DNA from: Haliotis rubra
Lineage: Eukaryota
Length of the DNA stretch: 64,000 nucleotides
Direction: 5' to 3'
Assembly (NCBI RefSeq): GCF_003918875.1
Contig: NW_025767033.1
Location: 868,001-932,000, forward strand
Part shown: positions 56,720-64,000 of the stretch, piece by piece
Numbering within the stretch: position 1 is the stretch's first letter
Layout: each line of letters starts with the position of its first letter
The notes under the pieces: generated by a model
The model's database searches: none
What the model was told of the DNA's origin: nothing
The model's input: only the letters and a program-made list of their open reading frames with translations
Program-made: the position numbers and the translations under genes

Positions 56720-58733
56720 GTCAGTAAGGAAGTGGGTTTCACACATTCCAACAACAAAATCAATGAAACCCTTTCGTGAGTCAGTAAGGAAGGGGTTTCA
56801 CACATTCCAACAACAAAATCAATGAAACCCTTTCCTGAGTCAGTAAGGAAGGGGTTTCACACATTCCAACAACAAAATCAATGAAACCCTTTCGTGAGTC
56901 AGTAAGGAAGTGGGTTTCACACATTCCAACAACAAAATCAATGAAACCCTTTCGTGAGTCAGTAAGGAAGTGGGTTTCACACATTCCAACAACAAAATCA
57001 ATGAAACCCTTTCGTGAGTCAGTAAGGAAGTGGGTTTCACACATTCCAACAACAAAATCAATGAAACCCTTTCGTGAGTCAGTAAGGAAGGGGTTTTGTG
57101 TCTTTTCGATCCGATGCCAACTCGTCTCCTTGATGACTTTTTGGAGACTCTTTTGCCAGTTATCACGAAACTGATCAACTTGAGCTTAGGTAATGGTGTC
57201 TTTCCAGAGGTGTTCAAGCAAGCTGTGGTAAAGCCATTACTTAAGAAAGACAATTTGGATATCAATACTCTCAAGAATTACAGACCTGTCTCCAACCTCT
57301 CTTTCCTTTCCAAGATCCTTGAACGTGCAGTTGATGTCAGACTCAGATCCTATCTCTCTTCAAATGATTTTCTGAACAGATTCCAATCAGCCTATCGTCC
57401 CTAGGCACAGTACCGAGACCGCCTTTTACTTCAAATTCTGAATAACTTGAGATGCCATGCGATTTGGGTAATGTGTCACTTCTCCTCTTGCTTGATCTCT
57501 CAGCGGCGTTCGACACGGTCAACCATCAGAAGCTCCTTAGCCGCCTTCAGGATGACTATAACATACAAGGGGATGCATTGGCCTGGTTCCGTTCCTATCT
57601 GAGCATGAGGAGTCAGTCAGTTCTTGTCTCTGAAAGCATCTCTGAGTCAACGATCCTAGAGTGTGGTGTACCCCAGGGCTCAGTCCTTGGGCCGCTTCTC
57701 TTGTGTTATACACAAACCCTTTGGAGAAGGTCATTGATAACTTTGATCTGAATCACCACGCATTTGCAGACGACCTCCAATTGATGGATTCCTTCAAACC
57801 AGAGGATGTACAAATAGCCAGATCTAGAGTGAGTCAGTGCACGAAGGCAATTAGTTCATGGATGATGACAAATGAGCTGAAGCTCAATGATGATAAGACT
57901 GAGGCTATGTTGATTGGCACATCGCAATGTCTGAAAAGGATAAACTCTACGGACATCACAGTAGCCAACTCAGATATCCCACTTTCATCCAGTGTAAAAC
58001 CTAGGTGTTCATCTTGATCCTTGTCTCACCATGGAGCAACATGTGAACCATCTCTGTAGAGTAGGCTACTTCCATCTCCACTCTATTGGTAACATCCGCC
58101 ATCTTGTAACCACAGATGCTGCTAAAGTTCTCACTCAGTCACTTGTTCTCTCCAGGATTGACTATTGCAATAGCCTACTGTTTGGAATCTCCAATGATCT
58201 TCTCTTCAGACTTCAAAACTTCAGAATGCTGCCGCCAGAGTTGTCACTAAAACATCCAAATGGACTCACATAACCCCAATCCTCCAGAGTCTGCATTGGC
58301 TGCCGGTTGAAGCAAGAATTCATTTCAAGATCTGCACTCTTGTTTTCCTCGCTGCAAACACGGCCTAGCTCCTCCATACCTCTCTGAGATGTTGTCAACA
58401 TATATGCCTGCCCGTTCTCTCCGCTCCTCAGAATCAACATCTTCTCTCAGTTCCCCAAGTTCGCCTCAAACACTTTGGCCATAGGTCATTCAAATTTGCA
58501 GCACCAACCCTATGGAACAGTCTTCCTACTCCCATAAAAATGCTTCATCCCTAGAAGCATTCAAATCGACTCAAAACCTTCCTCTTCAAAAAAGTCTACA
58601 ACCTATAACTGTAAAATACTCTCACGGTTATTTTTGGCTAATTGTCATATCTTCTTCTTGAACTCTAGTCACTCTTTTTATATGTAGCGCTTTGAGCATG
58701 CTCTGGATGGACTATGGCGCATAAGAAATATCC

Positions 58734-58764
<31 letters not shown>

Positions 58765-58965
58765 TCACACATTCCAACAACAAAATCAATGAAACCCTTT
58801 CGTGAGTCAGTAAGGAAGGGGTTTCACACATTCCAACAACAAAATCAATGAAACCCTTTCGTGAGTCAGTAAGGAAGGGGTTTCACATATTCCAACAACA
58901 AAATCAATGAAACCCTTTCGTGAGTCAGTAAGGAAGGGGTTTCACACATTCCAACAACAAAATCA
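56720..58965. repeat. 59-60-bp minisatellite (56720-57093 and 58764-58965) split by a LINE
   Basis: GGGTTTCACACATTCCAACAACAAAATCAATGAAACCCTTTCGTGAGTCAGTAAGGAAG on both sides. Confidence 0.93.
57096..58763 (+). mobile_element. 5'-truncated L2/CR1-group LINE, disrupted reverse transcriptase
   Basis: [70 protein letters not shown]; one stop and several frameshifts; (TTA)n tail. Confidence 0.95.
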
Positions 58966-60145
58966 CTGAAAATTTGTCTCGGGTCAGTAACAGATTGGAT
59001 TTCATACATAGTATCAATGAAACCATGACAAGATACAGTAACACAGACGGCAGTCCAAACATGACTTGGTAACCATTGCAGACCAGCCTTGGCCCAGTAA
59101 TTGGCCATAAACCATGGAAGTATCTCAGCACAACAACAATGCCTGCAATGTGTTACATATCTGATGTTGCTCATCTGACGGCAATCCTTGGAATTCCCAC
59201 ACCATAGACAAAGCCAGTACAATTCACCATTGATTCAGCCCAGCAGACGTGTATTCTCATTCCTCAAGTCAATACTTCCTCACAAGTTAACATTTAACAA
59301 GAGTCAATTCAAAAACTGATCAATGGTTCCTTTTGAAGCAAGCCCTCCACATATAGTGAAGCATGATTACTGGGTCCATGGAAGATCTCATCAAAAACAT
59401 CAACCTTCTCTTCAATGTATTCACGAAATACCAATGAACAATAGCTTGAAGTCATAATCAATCTATTATTTGAACACAGTTAGTTTTCCTTTGCATAAAG
59501 CCGAAACATTTCATACAGAATAGCCTTTTTTATTTGGAGCCATATAAACCACCCATTATAAAGGCCTGAAGACATATAAATACTTGTATATATCTTATCT
59601 CACACTTCTCTATATAGTTAATATCAAATATCGCTACATTTAAAAAGATCCATTCATCAACCATAAGTATCAACAGTGCATCATGAAATACATGCTAAAC
59701 CGAGGGCATTTCAACATTTGACTAGTTTCACTATGTTTATAAATATCCCATATCTTACAAGGAATAAGTACTTGAGGTTCAAAGTGTATCACAATATATT
59801 GTGCAAACCACAAGGACGTATCAGGATGCATATCACGCAATATTGTATAATTCCAAATCTTGGATTTAGAAGCAATCTGAAACATCATGGCATGAATCAA
59901 AGTTGTGACCCCAACGTTGTTGACAGAAGTGTTGGAATGTGCACGAACGTAAGGGAGGTAACTGTGACTTAACTTCCTATATTCGCGAACTTACATTTTG
60001 TATACCATGAAACACATGATGAACATCGCTATTTGAAATCACCTCATATACCAAGCATTCAAAAATAATATTGTGATACCTATAATGATGAAAATCAGCA
60101 TCAATAATCTGATATACCAATAACACCACACCCCTTATAGCTTAC

Positions 60146-60219
60146 CTTCTTTGTTAAGTTTGTACTGACAATTTCTTTCTCTCTTGTCATGTCTTTCTCG
60201 ACAGGCTTTTCGCTGAGAG
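60146..60219 (-). CDS. Candidate upstream PKN exon (LSEKPVEKDMTREKEIVSTNLTKK)
   Basis: Acceptor ttttccgtcag|, donor AAG|gtaagc, purine-rich open frame ending phase 0, compatible with the 46633/46609 acceptors; internal ATG at 60190. Confidence 0.42.
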
Positions 60220-60965
60220 CTGACGGAAAACAATGGCTTTTATAACAAGAATTTTACTGATACAGCACTATAAAAAAAATTGGCTTATTATGAAGAATGA
60301 TATTAAGTAGTTATTTATTACTTATGTGTAAAATCAATCTGTTAAATGCTTTATTATTTCACATTTCAGACAGCAGTTACCAACAAAAATAACAAGATTT
60401 TAAGAGCATATTAATATCATTACAACAGGAATAGCTAGCAAACCATTTCGCCCTTGGAAAGGGCAAATGTATAAACAGGAGTGTTTATTTTAATCATACT
60501 CACGTTTCATGCTAATTAAGGTAACAGGTATTGGATCGCTATCCATCATGAAATATTATTCCAACTACTTTCCTTAGGCTATAGATGAACCATCCACATC
60601 CATGTTAGACTAAAGCCATGAATCTGTAGGCATCACAGAATCATCATGCATCATCAGTGAGCCATCACTGACATGTATCCATTATTAAGGAAGGTATTAT
60701 CCATTTCATCACTTAGGAATCCACCAACGGCAAACAATGACAACACAGGAATGCTGAAAATTCACGAGCACAGAAGAATACTGTACAGATCCGTCGAAAA
60801 AGAATCAATTTCATTTCACAGACACATGACCCTCGGAGAGTTTTCACATTCACACAAATTGCCACATTTCTGATAAAAGACCGCTGATACCAAGAGCTGC
60901 CACGTTTTTTGTGTCTTCGTTCCGTAATCTTTACAATCACTGTAGATAAAATATGACGGTTATAC

Positions 60966-61046
60966 CTGGTCTAAAAAAGGAAACAAAATGTCCGAACACC
61001 CTACATCATTCAACGAAACTGCTGGCACAATCCCTTTGGTAAACAT
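60966..61046 (-). CDS. Candidate alternative first coding exon of PKN (MFTKGIVPAVSLNDVGCSDILFPFLDQ)
   Basis: 27 open codons from ATG to CAG|gtataa, phase 0. Confidence 0.33.
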
Positions 61047-63268
61047 GAAGATGAATACCCAGATTCCTTTTGTCAACAGATCAGTTCTGACACAATAGTC
61101 GCATATGTATCAGCAGACGTCAATAGATAAACTCACACAACAACGAGCTGCAGTTTGTAAGTATTTTTCTCATCATGACGTTTGGAACAAACGCTCAACT
61201 TGTAAAACCCATGATTGAGGATGTAAACAATGTTTAAACTGTCAGTCACTTCAACAGCTTCTAGAACATTGTTGAATATAATCCACAAACACTCAGAAAC
61301 AAAAAACTTTCCACAATATGTCAGATATTCATTTGGAAAAAATATATCCCACTGAAGAAACCGGTCACAGTATCTGTAAGCCAAGTGTCACTTCTCTTCG
61401 CAAATATGCACAGGGATATCCCAATAACCAAGCAAACAGCCACCCTAAACACACTGGGAGTTATCTATATAGTTCCCAAATCACTTCCACGACATCGTCA
61501 CAGAAAACAACAATCAAAACATCCAAATGTTGTTATAATGCAGAAGTTTTTTTGAGTGCCGTCTGCTTTTTTGCCGTGCCGTCTGCTTGTAACCGTCTGC
61601 CCCCTCCTCTCTTGACTGACTGACAAAGGTTGGGTCAGGCCTAGCTGTACAAATACAGGTGTAAATTTGCTCACATTCACGGCTGCTGAAGGAAGCATCC
61701 CCCAGCATCCACGCAGCTCTCACACATGCACATCAAAAGGCAATGTTATAAGAGTACACATGTCTTAGACATTATCTAACGGTACATAGCACAGGGCACC
61801 ACATTTGTCCAGTCAGCCTTTTCTGTATACAAGCAGGCACGATATGGGCTCATAAATAGCAACTTATATCTAAAACTCTATTAACACAGCATTAAGCATG
61901 AAAACATGAAGGCGTCTCCTCCACTCCACAGAGCTCTCTTTATGAAAGTCTAGCCACAGTGGCTTATCGGCCACGGGAAGTCAAATCAGTGTGTAAGCTT
62001 GTTCACTGGACTTGCTTTTTCACTCCTTGTGAAAGTTGAACTCAACACTGAGAAAAATTAATATCTACACCAGTGCCTCAACAGCAACCAGCCACAGAGA
62101 AACAGATTCTTGGACTCGCACCTCGAACAAGTGTCATGGCAGCTACCTGAAAGTGTTTTCCACCACGTATCTGCAAAATCAATCTCCCACAATATGCTCC
62201 CAACTGCACAGATTTACGTACTTCCCGTGATTCAGACCCAATGTTGGCTACCAGGTCAGTGACCTATATTTATTCCACTTGAGGAGTTAAATCTTAACAC
62301 TGGTTTTCCAAACTATGTTGGCAGAGCTCTTCATGAAGCTTATTTATAATGGAAATTATCACGAGCGTACAACCAATAATACAATGACAAAAGACTTAGT
62401 TCAAAATTTATAACTAACACCCTGACAGCAAAGCTTACCACAGTCTTATATGTCTTGGTGGAATATGCATAAAACAAGTCATAATCCTTAGGATGGGAGA
62501 ATTTACCCTATTCCAAATTACAATTAAAAATTTCTCATTGTGCTAAAATATAAAACATGAGCTAAACAAGTTCATTTGATGTGATTTCTCTCCTCAATAT
62601 GTACAGATGACAAAAATTACGCCTAAAAAAATAAAAAAATATATGTTTCATATGTTCAAAAGTCATATGACTGCGACACAATTGCTAGTCCAAAGTCTTG
62701 GGCATTGAAGATTGACAAAAAGCAACACTAAAACAACACATATCAAGCATATGAGATTTCAAAGTTTGTTTCCACATCCAAATACAAAACCCTAGTAAGA
62801 CTAATGTAAGTTGTTTGGTGACATGAAGACTGTGAGGACACTGGGAGTCTAGACTCCTGATGCTGCACTCTTAGGATCCAGAACAGTCCTACATCTTAAA
62901 TAAGCAACTGCAGGTTAATGACAGTGTTTGAAATAGCCATCGGCCCAAACACAGGATAACTTTTAGCATGGTGTTACAAAATTGAAAGTTATCCAACCGA
63001 ACAACATTTTAATATTTGAACAATAATAATGCTTTTTTTATCATTTAAAACTAGTTTCCTTTAACACAGTATCAAAGATGACAATTAGTTTTTCATCTCA
63101 TCCATGCTTCCCTGTAGCAACTAACAACAAACCAAGCTCATTGAATTTACAAAAGCTCATCAAACATGGCTTTTCTTCTGCTGTATTTAATTAAAGAACA
63201 GTTTCAGACAATGTTGATAGGACTTGTTGGTTTTTAGTGGGGCCCTCAATAGATATCAGATATTTTGA

Positions 63269-63620
63269 GACCGCCTCCGTGGTGTAGTGGTTAGAGCGTC
63301 CTCCCGGAGAGCAGAAGGTCGCGGGTTCGATCCCCGACCGCGTCATACCAAAAGACGTTAAAATATGGTACTTGTTGGTCCCTGCCTGGAACTCGGCATT
63401 AATGGGTACAACCAGGACTGGTCGGCTCGGAGTCAGTATAATGTGTCTGAGTGGGGTGTTCATGCTTCACTGCGGCATGGTATCTCAGTGGGCTAGCACT
63501 ATAAAACCAGCTTAAGTCTGGGCTAGTACAAGCAGCCGCACATACCCATACACACGCATGCACGTCGTCATATGAACGAAATATTCTCAAGCACAACGTT
63601 AATCCCAATTTCACCTCACC
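63269..63620 (+). mobile_element. SINE family C, full length
   Basis: 13-bp TSD TCAGATATTTTGA; tRNA-like head; (TCACC)n tail. Confidence 0.93.
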
Positions 63621-64000
63621 TCAGATATTTTGAAGTCAGGCCTGCGGTCGGGTACATATTTGTAGAGAGTTTCATACACTGTTAATAACAAGCATCCCTT
63701 CAACTTTCATGCTCAGTTTTTAACACTTCAATAAGTGACCAATACACCATCTAGAGTGAAACAACTCCTAGATCGCAACTTTCCAAACTGTTCTAGCCCC
63801 CAGCCCTGATGGTCCAACATGATTACTGATCTAGGTTAATTGAGACCAGTGAAATCACCACAAGTTCCTACTCTGGTAAACAGAGCTACCAGAAATTATA
63901 GCACTTCTACAGCTACAGCTTCCAGCAGCATAAACAGGCAATATATGGACCAGAGATCTATTTTAGTCCTGCTGACACTCCTACTGTTCTTGGTGAGTAC

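Overview
Eukaryotic genomic DNA: AT-rich, intron-rich, with one 152-N assembly gap at 4434-4585. The repeat content suggests a marine mollusc, plausibly abalone (Haliotis); this is inference. The window is dominated by one minus-strand gene, a protein kinase N (PKN/PRK2-like). I traced 20 coding exons from 46624 down to 17358 with consistent GT-AG phases, giving 971 aa from the in-window ATG: three HR1 repeats, C2-like domain, proline-rich linker, AGC kinase domain and C-tail ending ...[11 protein letters not shown]. Candidate upstream exons lie at about 51.6, 60.1 and 61.0 kb, and a 3' UTR of up to about 4 kb is probable. The remaining sequence is mobile and repetitive: three SINE families, many MITEs (TA, 5-, 6- and 8-bp target-site duplications, TSDs), a decayed hAT transposon, a Helentron-like element, a truncated L2/CR1-group LINE and about 10 minisatellites. 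A CpG-rich, promoter-like zone at 1.1-2.8 kb probably belongs to a neighbouring leftward gene. There is no prokaryotic system and no CRISPR array. The most interesting signals are: (i) a SINE family with no tRNA A-box whose TSD-defined 5' end is a compact multi-stem RNA; (ii) near-complete strand bias of (ACTC)n-tailed SINEs inside PKN, consistent with purging of GTGAGT splice donors; (iii) minisatellites that have duplicated real splice sites; (iv) two foldback MITEs bracketing two exons, a circRNA/skipping candidate; (v) Thr instead of the vertebrate Asp in the PKN hydrophobic motif.
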